Of a DNA stretch of 64,000 nt, positions 35,384-48,125 are shown in pieces. A program made the translations under genes and the position numbers. Below the pieces are notes generated by a model. The model ran no database searches. It was given only the letters and a program-made list of their open reading frames with translations, and was not told the origin of the DNA. Source of the stretch: Hormiphora californensis (lineage: Eukaryota > Animalia > Ctenophora); assembly GCA_020137815.1 (NCBI GenBank), contig CM035358.1, positions 7,564,001 through 7,628,000 of the forward strand, written 5' to 3'. Numbering within the stretch: position 1 is the stretch's first letter; each line of letters begins with the position of its first letter.

Positions 35384-37109
35384 CCTTATCCACTGCTATG
35401 ATATAACCTGACTGTGTCACCCCTACTGCACCCAAGATGTCGTCAACATTTAGCAAGGGGGAGTACAAATTAGGAAATAATTGGAAAATCAGCTGTGCAG
35501 CTGCTGGAAATAGATTTGAACAGAGCCTAGCTGCCAATAGCTCCACATGTGGTACAGGTAGCCGCTAATAAAATGTAGCGAATGGAGTTTGTTGGCAGCT
35601 TGTCGACAAACTATGACTCGACGAACAGAGAGAGAGAGGCCAAAGGGAGAATACTCGAGTTTCCACACGCCCACACGTTTAGGTCAAGTGTTTACTTCCA
35701 CTGAGTTCCCAACAACCCGACAAACAACAGGGCGTTACCAATTCGTATGTTGAAAATCACAGAGTATAAAAACATATTATACAGAGACCGATTTGTATCT
35801 CTCTGTATTTTTCTGTGTCTCTCTGCTTTTTCTTCTCTCTCTCTGTCCTAATCCATAACTGGGCTAAGCGCCAGTCAATTAAATATACTCATAAAGCAGG
35901 CCTAACCACGTGATATTAATATAGCAGTTCTAAAAAATGGCGTACAGATTATAATTTAAATATTAGGCTCACTAGATAGATACTAGGAAAGCAGTACTGG
36001 TCGGTCTGATCATAAAGAAACCGACAAGCACGATGATGACTCAGATACGGCCTATTGCATGCATCGATTATCAATGATTCAAAAAGTTCTGAACGCATTC
36101 TCATTTAGCCTTAAAAAGTCTGAACAAATCAGTCATAGAGCGAGAATTGAAAGTTGAACATAAAGCACGAGGTATTTCTGAGAAAATCAAAGAGCTAGAT
36201 AGAGAAAGAAACGACTTCTCTACCATTTCACCCTACTGGAAATTCCGTCATCCCCACTTTTACATTCTACACATTCACACACCGTCACACCAACAGCAAT
36301 TACCACAATTTCCTGCCGTAAAAGAGTGAAACCATCGAACATCATATTATAACACCTCGAATACTGATCTGAAATAATACTAATAATGAGCCTTGAGTGC
36401 TAAACGATACCGTACGGACGTACGAATTTATGGGTTCAATAAAATGTCAGAGTTGTCAGAATTTTGTTTATAACAACCCCTGTGCTATATTTAGACGGTG
36501 GACGTGCTAAAATCGGAACATATATCTGTCTACTGTCAATTTATTGTCTCTCTCTTTAAATGGCTGGCTTCCAGCAGGAAAAGTGCGTCACTAAATTTGT
36601 GCATACAGTATAGCTTCCAGTCCGGATGCTGGATAGTTTGCCATTTAGCATAGAAAACAAATAGGAAAATCCAAGCTCGAGAGAGTCTTATAAATACAAC
36701 TCGAATAATAACGTTTACATAGGCCAAACATAACTGGTTTATTCACATTTCACAATGATTACACTGCAGAATATAGCAAGCTTCAATAAATTAGTGACAG
36801 AAATAAAACTCATATGACTAATGGATATATTTACTATCGAAATTCTCGGCTATACACCACGTCAAGGTAGTACCTAGGCATATTAAATATTTTGAGAAAT
36901 ATATTTATCACCTTGCAGTAAGCAGTTAAATGTTAATGTTCCACCTAGATCCCGCTTCTTTAGAAATTTATCATACAACAAATAGGACAACGTGTTTGGG
37001 TTCCAAGATATGGGTGGTCACTGCAGCACTGGTCACTTTTTACTTAATTAATTAGTCCACATTGCCCCTATATTTGGGACCAAATAGTAAGCTTACGTAA
37101 GTCCACTAG

Positions 37110-38454
37110 CAGGAAGCGACCGAATATTCGGTTCGGTTCGGTTCGGTTCGGAAATTCGGTGTTTTTTGGGCGGTTCGGTTCGGTTCGGTTCGGTAGGAAA
37201 TTTTGGCCGAACCACCGAATTTTTTGGTCAAAAAATGCCCAGAAATCGGGCTTTTTCATGCAAAATTTTTCAATTATTTCACGAAAATTGTATGGATTTC
37301 AATGTCAATTTCGGCGTATTAACCCTATTTCGAATCGGTGGTGCTATGTGGAAATGATTTCGCCTTCACATTAGATGGTTATGAAAATAAAATTGTCGAA
37401 TTCTAAACCCCTATGCCTTTTTACAAAAGGCATCCGGGTGAATGCCTTCGGCATTCACCGGGCGGGGAAAAAATTCATGGAGAGCACCGATCAAGGTGTT
37501 AAGAATCATTCTCTGAAATTTTGTAAAAAAGTTTGGAAAATATTTCTAAGTCAATTTTATGGAAAATTTTCTATGTCAATTTTTGCGTACGAATCGTGTT
37601 TCGAATCGGTATTGCTAAGCGGGAGTGATATTGCTAATTAGTGGGTCCGAGATGGATTATGCTGATACGTGATCCCCCATCAAATCTAATTAGTAAGTTT
37701 AGGGGAAACGATTCATGTTTCAATAAATCCTGCTAATTAGCGAGAGCACTGCCGCATAGCATCACCGATTCGCAACACGATTCGTACGGCAAAATTGACA
37801 TAGAATTTTTTTCCGAAATTGACTTTGAAATATTTTACAAAGTTTTTTCACAAATTAAATGTTTCTCTAAAAATTCATGGAGAGCATCGATCAAGGTATT
37901 GAGAATCATTACCTGAAATTTTGTGAAATTTTTTTGTGAAAAAATTTTAATAAATTATGGTATACGAATCGTGTTTCTAATCGACAATGCTAAACGGGAG
38001 TGATGTTGGTAATAGTGGGTCCGAGATGGATTGTGCTGATACGTGATCATCAAATCTAATTAGGAAATTTAGAGAGACACGATTCATGGTTCGTTTATCC
38101 TGCTAATTAGCAATACCATTCCCGTATAGCATTGCCGATTCGAAACACGATTCGTACGCAAAAAAGACATAGAAAATTTACGATAAAATTGACTTTGAAA
38201 TTTTTTTCACAAAATTGACTTTGAAATTTTTTCAAACATTTTTAACAAAATTTCAGAGAATGATTCTCAATACCTTGATCGGTGCTCTCCATGACTTTTT
38301 AGAGAAACATTTATACAGAAAAAGTTTTGTATGGTTCGGTTCGGTTCGGTTACCGAAATTCGGTTCGGTTCGGTTCGGTCTTCGGTCGGTAAAAAGTTTT
38401 CAAATTCGGTTCGGTTCGGTTCGGTGGAAAAAAAACCGGTTCGGTCGTTTCCTG
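37110..38454. mobile_element. 1.35-kb non-autonomous hAT element with (TTCGG)n subterminal repeats and internal palindromic modules
   Basis: TIR caggaagcgaccgaa / ttcggtcgtttcctg; 8-bp TSD TCCACTAG at 37102-37109 and 38455-38462. Confidence 0.92.
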
Positions 38455-39144
38455 TCCACTAGACTAAGTACTGTGGCCCAAATTGCCCCCGTCCTACTCA
38501 GCTCTAATCCGGACATGATCGAACCCCCGTGGACCAAAAAGCGTGAAAACTGAACAGTGAACACGTGATGCTATTGCTACTGATGGCTGAACGCAAGTAT
38601 TGGCATGGTGGAGGCCAGTAAAAAATTTCTGAAGTCGACCACATCGTTTTGAAATGTTTCCAGCTGTCTGGCGACGCGGACCCCCCGCACAATCTCGGTC
38701 GCACACGGTTGACGGTGTCTATGTCATGTCACCAAGGGCGACACTAGACAGTTCTCAGTCCGGCGGCTTAAGCGAACGACAGACTGCGGCCAAATCATGG
38801 CAAACATTGCATGACATTGCAAACCGGAACGTCAAGAAATGCTGTTGCTGCATTAGCACACTGTCAATTTGGTCGATGAGATCAAGTTGAGACTTTTTGC
38901 AGATTGTTTGCGGAGTAAAATTTCAGTGAACCGGCGGCGCGGCTGAAACAGTTATTTCGCGCGCTACACAAAATGCAGCGGATTTAAACTTTTCAACGTT
39001 CGCGCGCGTTGCATTTGAATTGAACTGTTTCTGGTTTTTTGACGGACGCAAAGTTTTAAAGTCGGATTTTTTGAAACTGTCACTCCCCTGGGTATTTTCA
39101 ATTTGTTAAATGACCAAAAAGCCGGTTCCTGACGAGATACGAGA

Positions 39145-39244
39145 NNNNNNNNNNNNNNNNNNNNNNNNNNNNNNNNNNNNNNNNNNNNNNNNNNNNNNNN
39201 NNNNNNNNNNNNNNNNNNNNNNNNNNNNNNNNNNNNNNNNNNNN
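39145..39244. other. Assembly gap (100 N)
   Basis: run of N. Confidence 1.
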
Positions 39245-39495
39245 TTATCACCCTCAACGCGTCTGTTTCTCGTCATTATCTTGTCTTTCTTTAGTCCGAG
39301 TGGCCGGTTACGCTGAGAACAGGAAAAATGTTGTTTAAATGTTCTAACCCACATTTACATTTCTGCGCACAAAATAGTCTAGCTAGGCAAGAAAATTGGT
39401 TAACAGATCGGTCAGCAGAACAACTTCCAATAGTTGGTCAACTACGCTTTTTATCCAAGGGATAGACGACAGTTTCTCCTCCTTCTTATACGACA

Positions 39496-40269
39496 CTAGC
39501 GCACCCATTGGGTGCGCCTCAAGTAAGGGCTTTTTGATAACCCACCCGGCTTCGCCGGGTGGTTCTCTTCGGCCCTTTCAACGTCAATAACACGGTTGCC
39601 ATGGCAACTGAATTGGTAACTATGGGGACTGGCATGTTAAAAGTCATTCGAAAATATCAACAAACTTCCACCGGAAGTTCCAAAAGTGTGAGCAACAGCT
39701 TTACAGCTTTGGGCACATAAAGTGTTTTATGAAGGAGCACTGTCGCGTAGAAACGCACTGAACGAACGACTTCGACGCGACAATGCGACATTTCCAAATT
39801 ATAATACACTAGCGCACCCATTGGGTGCGCCTCAAGTAAGGGCCTTTTGATAACCCACCCGGCTTCGCCGGGTGGTTCTTTTCGCCCCTTTCAACGTCAA
39901 TAACACGGTTGCCAAGGCAACTGAATTGGTAACTATGGGGACTGGGATGTTAAAAGTCATTCGAAAATATTAACAAACTTCCGCTGGAAGTTCAAAAAGT
40001 GTGAACAGCAGCTTTACAGCTTTGGTCATATGAAGTGTTTTATGAAGGAGCAGACTGTCGCGTAGAAACGCACTGAACGAACGACCATCACTTCGACGTC
40101 GTTCATCTCCAAATTATAATAGAGATATAGACTAGCGCACCCATTGGGTACGCCTCAAGTAAGGGCGTTTTGATAACCCACCCTTCCGCTGTACCCATCT
40201 GCACGTGCAGTATCAACCAACCCGCCCCTAACGACGGTTGCTAGCGACATCTCCAAATTATAATAGAGA
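39496..40269 (-). mobile_element. Three tandem non-autonomous Helitrons (39496-39806, 39809-40125, 40132-40269)
   Basis: Minus strand: A|TCTCTATTATAA 5' end (units 2 and 3), 3' hairpin gcgcacccaatgggtgcgc then CTAG|T in all three; internal hairpin cacccggc-ttc-gccgggtg. Confidence 0.78.
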
Positions 40270-40925
40270 TTAACTTTTTCATTAGTTTCTTCATTCATAA
40301 TTGTTGAGATTTAACACAACTCGGGGAAATGAAGAAAATTTATAGAGATGGGGAAATAAGGAATTTGCTCTCTAAATTTTCAGCTCGGCCCATCATCGCT
40401 TTACTCTGTTTTTTTGAAATTCTACGATTTGGGAATCTATAAATAATATAAATAAAAGGAGAGACAAGAGCTTGAAGCTTCGTTTATTCTACTAGGGAGC
40501 GAGGGAGAGCAAAACGAGAGATTGCTCGCTACACACGGTCAGCTTACAATAATCGGTTATAAATAAAACGCTATATCACGCAGCTGGAGGAGGGCAACAG
40601 ATATTATTTATATAAGGAACGATAAGATAAAAAAAGGAGAATAGCTAAATTAAGCTTGCTCAATGTGTATGTGTGTTTATTCTTTGATTTACGATAAGAA
40701 AACATTTTTACAAAAAGCAAATGTTTCACAGGTTACCCTGGTTACCGGACGAACCCCACTGACCTTGTGCTTGTGGTGAATGAAGTGAAATTTGTAAAGT
40801 TTCGGTTTTGGGGTAGTATTCAGAACAGCTGATATATGAGGGGCAAAACTAAATGTTGTATCTCAAAGCACACACACACAATCTCAAAGAAAAAACACAA
40901 AGTGTCACAACACACAGTACACACG

Positions 40926-41731
<806 letters not shown>

Positions 41732-42314
41732 CTATAGGGTCTGATGGCAGTGTAGATTAGGGGTTGGTGTGGGAGGTTCCCTGACTGGTCCTTTTTATCC
41801 TTGTCTCCATCCTCCTACCGTGCACTACTTCTGTTGGGAAAGTTTATTAGTATTTTTTAATGATTTGTGGCAGAGATAAAGATGTTTTGAAGACTGATTT
41901 AAATATGATGTATCCCAGTAATGTTTCTGGGTGAATGAAAATTAAGATATATCAATATCGCACAAGTCTCAAATCAAAATCCGAATTGCGCCATGTAATT
42001 AAAATGGAAGCATGTAGCAAGACTCACCATATTCTCGCCAGGGAAAGTTTGTAGTGATCAACATGAATCATGAAAATAACAGTAAAAAAACTCCGGCATC
42101 GACCCTCTCCCACAGAAACATAAGATCAACACAAGTACATATTATACATATTATTTGTGTACAATTTAGTTTGTCAAAACAAATTAGTCTGTCATTAGTC
42201 ACAAACAGATGCCAACTAAATCTACCCTGATACTTTTACTGTAATTCGAGTCTGTATAAAACAAAGGAAAAGGCACATGTGAATTTAGCTATGGAAGCGT
42301 GAATTATATACTTA

Positions 42315-43340
42315 CCAAAACACTGTGGTATATCACTTGACCATGATAGATCCTCCTGACATGTCAGTGTTGTGCTTCCCATTATAATACTGTTGGCAGC
42401 GCATTCGATGGTGGCAGTTGTCCCTGTTGGTGAGGCAGGCCAGTTTCCTTGTGTTGATCCTTCAACAGTAAAGGCGGGACACGCTGGTTCTGATTAGAAA
42501 GAGTGGATATCATATAAATAATATGATATTGATATGTCAACTTTATGTCAAATGATTAAACGTCTGAACCAAAATCTCCATCATGAGAAGTTTGAACCCC
42601 TCTGATCCAGCGACAACCCCGAACCCCCACACTTTGCAGTATAATAATAGTGGTACACCTAAAATACCTTTACCTGCTTTGTAGAAGTCAGATGCTGTGT
42701 CGGTACTGCCAAACATGATCTGCTCCACAACATCACCACCCCACGTTGTAACACAGCCGCTACGTGAACTATCTGCGAACAGGTAGTTCAGCACCTCAAC
42801 GTCATTACATGTGATGATGATGGCGGTCTCTGTTTTGGCAATCGTCCAGATCTTATCCACCTCCACTGGGGGTTGTACTGGCAGGTTTGTGTAGCTAGTG
42901 GTGCAGTAGGCTATCAGGTACTGCATTGTGGAGGAGAAACTTACAGCCACACCACCGATATAGCTGTTGTCCTTGTCGTACATAAACACCGTGATCTGCT
43001 CATAACTGCCCAGAGTAGAGTCCGTCTTTATCTGGAGAGGTGTTTCTTCCAGGTCCCAGGGTATCTTCACACCCCGCTCAACAGCTGTCAACCCTGAGAG
43101 AATTTAATTCAGGAATTTGGCTGCTTGATGTACTTGTTAATGATTGATGACGCGTATAAAACAGTCCCAAAGTAATCTTGATAACTGAATAAGTGAACTT
43201 GATATACTTGCTAGACCCTCTTTTACTGATTAGAACATATAAAATATATCGATTTTGATAATCATAGTTGCTTACAAATTTGTAACAAACCTGTAATGGT
43301 AGTGGTAGCTGGTCGCCACAAGCCAGCTACCGAAAGGTAA
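42315..43340 (-). CDS. Secreted protein: signal peptide + IPWDLE..PLQIKTDS domain + Sushi/CCP domain (3' end not resolved)
   Basis: MRLILVFYLSVAGLWRPATTTIT/GLTAVERGVKIPWDLEETPLQIKTDS..DFYKA/EPACPAFTV..TATIECAANSIIMGSTTLTCQEDLSWSSDIPQC, phase-1 introns. Confidence 0.8.
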
Positions 43341-43437
43341 AATACCAGAATCAAACGCATCGATGCATCATTTTCTTCACTAAAAGAAAGATTGCAAAGA
43401 TTCAACACAACTTTGGGAAATGAGGATTTTGCTCTCT

Positions 43438-46400
43438 CAGTTCAGATCACATTGCCGTTGCTGCGAGTTGATTTTTATCGCTCTGATTGTTATCTCTGTT
43501 TGCAACTGACCCACCGTTTGAGGATCACCGTTATTTCATGATGACGTTGCACAACGTCCCTGAAAAGGTTACCCACTTTATAAACCGTCTCATTACCCAG
43601 AGGCCCCCTACTGCATCGCCATCTAACAAGTATTCTTCGGATGAGATAGGAAGAGGATTGCATGTTGCTGATATCACTCCTGAGATGTTAAGTGGTAGGA
43701 AGTATTCGAAGAAAGGCTTAGCATTGTGTTTGTCGGAGGCATGCAAGTTACTAGTTGATCTTTCAGTCCCCAAGGGGAGTACTACCCCTAGTTCAAGTAC
43801 TACTCCGAGTAGGAGTCATCCACCTGAGGAATGGTGGCATTGTAAAGATGATGATAAGATCATTCTACATGAGGAACTAGCTGAGGCCCACCGAAAGGTG
43901 ATTGATCTTCAGGATCAAGTCATCAAGTTGAAGGACGAGATTAGAAACGTGGAGACCGCTGCAGTTACCAAGACTGTTCAACGTGATCTGAAGAGCTACT
44001 CAGCTATGCTCAGTCAGAACTGTGCAGCAGCTCTTGCTCCTATTAGGATCCAGCGGGCTGTCATCAAGGCATCTGTCCCGAAACCTGAGGAGGAGGACCG
44101 AAACAGTAATCTGATAGTATTTGGACTGCCGGAGGAACCTGCTGGAGTGACGGTTGACACCACTGTCGCGTCTTTGTTGGAGGAACTGGACGAGAAGCCC
44201 CCGATGAACAATTGTATGAGGTTGGGTACTCTAGCTGAGGGCAAGGTGAGGCCAGTGAAAGTGTCTTTAGAGTCTAGAGACAGTCTTCTTGTTTTATTGA
44301 GAAAGGCAAGTGTGCTGAGAAACAGTGAGAACTATAAGAGAGTGTATCTTGAGCCTGATCGTAGTTATGAGGAGAGACCCTAGTCAGAATTAAATACGTA
44401 TTTATTGCGCAAATACGTATTTAAATAGCGCGTAAATACGCTATAAATACGTATTTAATACGTATTTTTTGCTAATAAATAAGTAAAAGCCGCGCATTTT
44501 GCTCGTGCTGACAATACTAGCGGTGAGTTTTATGCCCAGATTGCATGCTTGAGCGCCTTACGTCGCGTAAAACGTCTCACCTTCCCTTTCCAGCCCTATC
44601 GCCAATTGCTACTCCCTTTCCCGTGCTGTAAACCTTCTGTGAAACATCTCACCTTCCCTTTCTAGCCCTATCGCCAATTGCTACTCCCTTTCCCGTGCTG
44701 TAAACCTTCTATAAAACATCTCACCTTCCCTTTCCAGCCCTATCGCCAATTGCTACCCCCTTTCCCGTGCTGTAAACCTTCTATAAAACATCTCACGTTC
44801 CCTTTCCAGCCCTATCGCCAATTGCTACCCCCTTTCCCGTGCTGTAAACCTTCTGTAAAACATCTCACCTTCCCTTTCCAGCCCTATCGCCAATTGCTAC
44901 CCCCTTTCCTGTGCTGTAAACCTTCTGTGAAACATCTCACCTTCCCTTTCTAGCCCTATCGCCAATTGCTACTCCCTTTCCGGCCGTGCTGTAAACCTTC
45001 TATAAAACCCTTGGTTCCCCTGCTACCACGACCCAAAAACTCTTGTAACAATACAAATTGGTCTGAACCAAGTGTTAGAACCCTTGGTTCCCCTGCTACC
45101 ACGACCCAAAAACCCTTGTAACAATACAAATTGGTCTGAACCACGAGTTAGAACCCTTGGTTCCCCTGCTACCACGACCCAAAAGGGCTGTAACAATACA
45201 AATTGGTCTGAACCAAGTGTTAGAACCCTTGGTTCCCCTGCTACCACGACCCAAAAACCCTTGTAACAATACAAATTGGTCTGAACCACGAGTTAGAACC
45301 CTTGGTTCCCCTGCTACCACGACCCAAAAGGGCTGTAACAATACAAATTGGTCTGAACCACGAGTTAGAGCCCTTGGTTCCCCTGCTACCACGACCCAAA
45401 AGGGATGTAACAATACAAATTGGTCTGAACCACGAGTTAGAGCCCTTGGTTCCCCTGCTACCACGACCCAAAAGGGCTGTAACAATACAAATTGGTCTGA
45501 ACCACGAGTTAGAGCCCTTGGTTCCCCTGCTACCACGACCCAAAAGGGATGTAACAATAAAAATTGGCACAAGTAGCAAGCAATAAATGATTTAAAGCAC
45601 GGGAAAGGGATTAGCAATTGGCGATAGTGCTAGAAAGGGAAGGTGAGATGTTTTACAGAAGGTTTACAGCACGGGAAAGGGGGTAGCAATTGGCGATAGT
45701 GCTAGAAAGGGAAGGTGAGATGTTTTACAGAAGGTTTACAGCACGGGAAAGGGGGTAGCAATTGGCGATAGGGCTGGAAAGGGAACGTGAGATGTTTTAT
45801 AGAAGGTTTACAGCACGGGAAAGGGGGTAGCAATTGGCGATAGGGCTAGAAAGGGAAGGTGAGATGTTTTATAGAAGGTTTACAGCACGGGAAAGGGGGT
45901 AGCAATTGGCGATAGGGCTGGACAGGGAAGGTGAGATGTTTTATAGAAGGTTTACAGCACGGGAAAGGGGGTAGCAATTGGCGATAGTGCTAGAAAGGGA
46001 AGGTGAGATGTTTTATAGAAGGTTTACAGCACGGGAAAGGGGGTAGCAATTGGCGATACGGCTGGAAAGGGAAGGTAAGTTGTTTTAAATCGGTCAAGGA
46101 CGATGTTACAAAAGAGATGTTACAAAAACAAGATGTGCCAGTCGGCTGGGGATTGATCAAATACAAATGGAAATTGGAGTCACAATGCGGTAAATCTGCT
46201 TCCTAGCATTGTGGTAACCGTTGCCGTGCATCCAACGCGACTTTCAGGCTCAGCTTTGGACGACAAATCGGCCAAAATGCGCGGCTTAACAAGCGCGTTC
46301 TTATTTATTAGCAAAAAATACGTATTAAATACGTATTTATAGCGTATTTACGCGCTATTTAAATACGTATTTGCGCAAAAAATACGTATTTAATTCTGAC

Positions 46401-46673
46401 TAGGGGAGTTGAGAGGAGAAGAGCGGTGAAGACTTTGAATGAGCTGAGACAGGCGCATCCCGAGAGAAAGTATGTTTTAAGGAAAGGTGTAATTGAAAGC
46501 ATCTGAACTCATTAAATTTGCCCCACAAGCTTGTGGAGATCCTTTTCCTGTTTTAAATGTTTTCACTGACTTGATTTGATCTCTTCGCACGGGGCGGGAC
46601 CCAGTGTGTTTGTCATTTATTTGATTTACATTGCTGTTCGTCCACCATCAAATTTTTCAATCCAAATCCAAAA
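43438..46673 (+). mobile_element. Second ORF1-only retroposon (ORF 43538-44377 + 46408-46506, 312 aa once the nested DNA element is removed)
   Basis: Same ORF1 family as 21103-22122; TSD TCTCT at 43433-43437 and 46674-46678; tail ..caatccaaatccaaa; no ORF2. Confidence 0.82.
44378..46405. mobile_element. 2.0-kb non-autonomous DNA transposon, CCC termini, 2-bp TSD (GA), CMC/EnSpm-like, filled with 72-bp arrays
   Basis: ~105-bp TIR ccctagtcagaattaaatacgtattt..; removal restores the host frame EER|VERRRAVKTL; inverted 72-bp arrays 44571-45006 and ~45590-46080; central 72-73-bp array 45007-45570. Confidence 0.9.
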
Positions 46674-47284
46674 TCTCTAATTTTCAGCTCTGCTAAAATC
46701 ATCTCCGTACGTTGTTTTTTTGAAAAGCTACGATTTGGGAATCTATAAATATAATAAGGAGAGACAAGAGCTTCGTTTACTCTTATACTAGGGAGCGAGG
46801 GAGAGCAATTATAACGAGAGATTGCTCGCTACACACAGTCAGCTTACAACAATCGGTTATAAATAAAACTCTAATACGAATACATTCACCCAGGCAGGAA
46901 AATATTATTACCTAACTTGAAAAAAAACTACTAACCACTTTATAACCACTTTATAACCTCTCACTTGATCTACCAATCACCACCACACCACCACTGGTTT
47001 ACATGTAATTAAGGGCTACATATTCTTCTTCTTATTTTGAGCAGCTGGGATATTGCATGTCCATAATTATGGGTATGACGTTTTACCATAAAGGCTTCCT
47101 CAAGTAGGGCTAGACATGTAATTAAGGGCTACACATGCAATGTAACAGGGCTACACATGTAATTAAGGGCTACACATGCAATGTAACAGGGGTAGACATG
47201 TAACAGATTCTGTTTACAGTACAACCCGTACAAATGTAAAGGAGGGAATTGGAACATGTGATTAACAGATCATCCTGTTTACAG

Positions 47285-47850
47285 ATATCCAGCTGTGTTT
47301 CTGTGTTGAAAGATGTGGGAACGTCAGACGTGGAACTGACCACTGTAACACTCTACCTTCTTTGGAACATTCTATCTCTCAGTAAGATTTCTATTGCATA
47401 GTCGGACCCCGATTTACCGGCCCCCGATATATACCGGATTATTTTCCCAAGCATCCCGGTAAATCGGGGTTCGACTGATTATTTAAAGTACATTCAATAA
47501 GTGCATTCAATAAGGCATCAAGTTGAAATCAAAACAAATATCTTTACGATATATTCTTCTGTTCCATAATTACTTGTATATAGAGTAAGGGGCTCTCCAC
47601 TCTCCTCCTCTAACTGAGTTAGTAACTCGGCAGTTAATGATTTCGCCATTTTGTTTGTGTAACCAACTGTATATTTTCCGTAGAAGTGCTCAAAGCTAGC
47701 GATGAAGAGAGGGATGTTCTGGTGGACGTTCTGACATCCCACCTCGAATCAACTGGAGATGGGGAGGTATGGGTGGGACAGGTCCACCCTCCCACCAAGA
47801 ACCTTCTTAACCTTCTATCTCATCCAGAGTCACAATATGAGCACTTGTAG
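47285..47850 (+). CDS. ARMC2: Last two exons (47285-47381, 47684-47850) of an ARMC2-like armadillo protein; upstream exons not identified
   Basis: ISSCVSVLKDVGTSDVELTTVTLYLLWNIL..DVLVDVLTSHLE..VWVGQVHPPTKNLLNLL..YEHL* parallels the ARMC2 C-terminus (LVDCLRDLGPTDWQL..KTLWNF..WETEFKPVAQQLL..LEPL). Confidence 0.62.
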
Positions 47851-48125
47851 AGCGGTATTGTTGATTAACTTCCCTCGTAATACTGGTCACGAAACATCGC
47901 ATCAAGTTCTTGCTATGAATTGTTCAGTTATAGTGAAAGTTGTGAACAGATGTACAGGTATTCAGAGTTCATAAATATTTTGGCTACTGTGTGTATTATA
48001 TATTGTTGAAAAATGTTTAGTTGAGACTATTTTTGCTGGTCAAATCGCATTGTTTATTTCAGTCCCCCTCTCTAAATCATGCCGAGTAATCATAACATTT
48101 TCTAAATTCTCAGTATTATATAGCA

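Noticed and set aside
44571-46080. Repeat ORFs and possible CRISPR array
   Set aside because: Contiguous 72-bp units without unique spacers inside a TIR element
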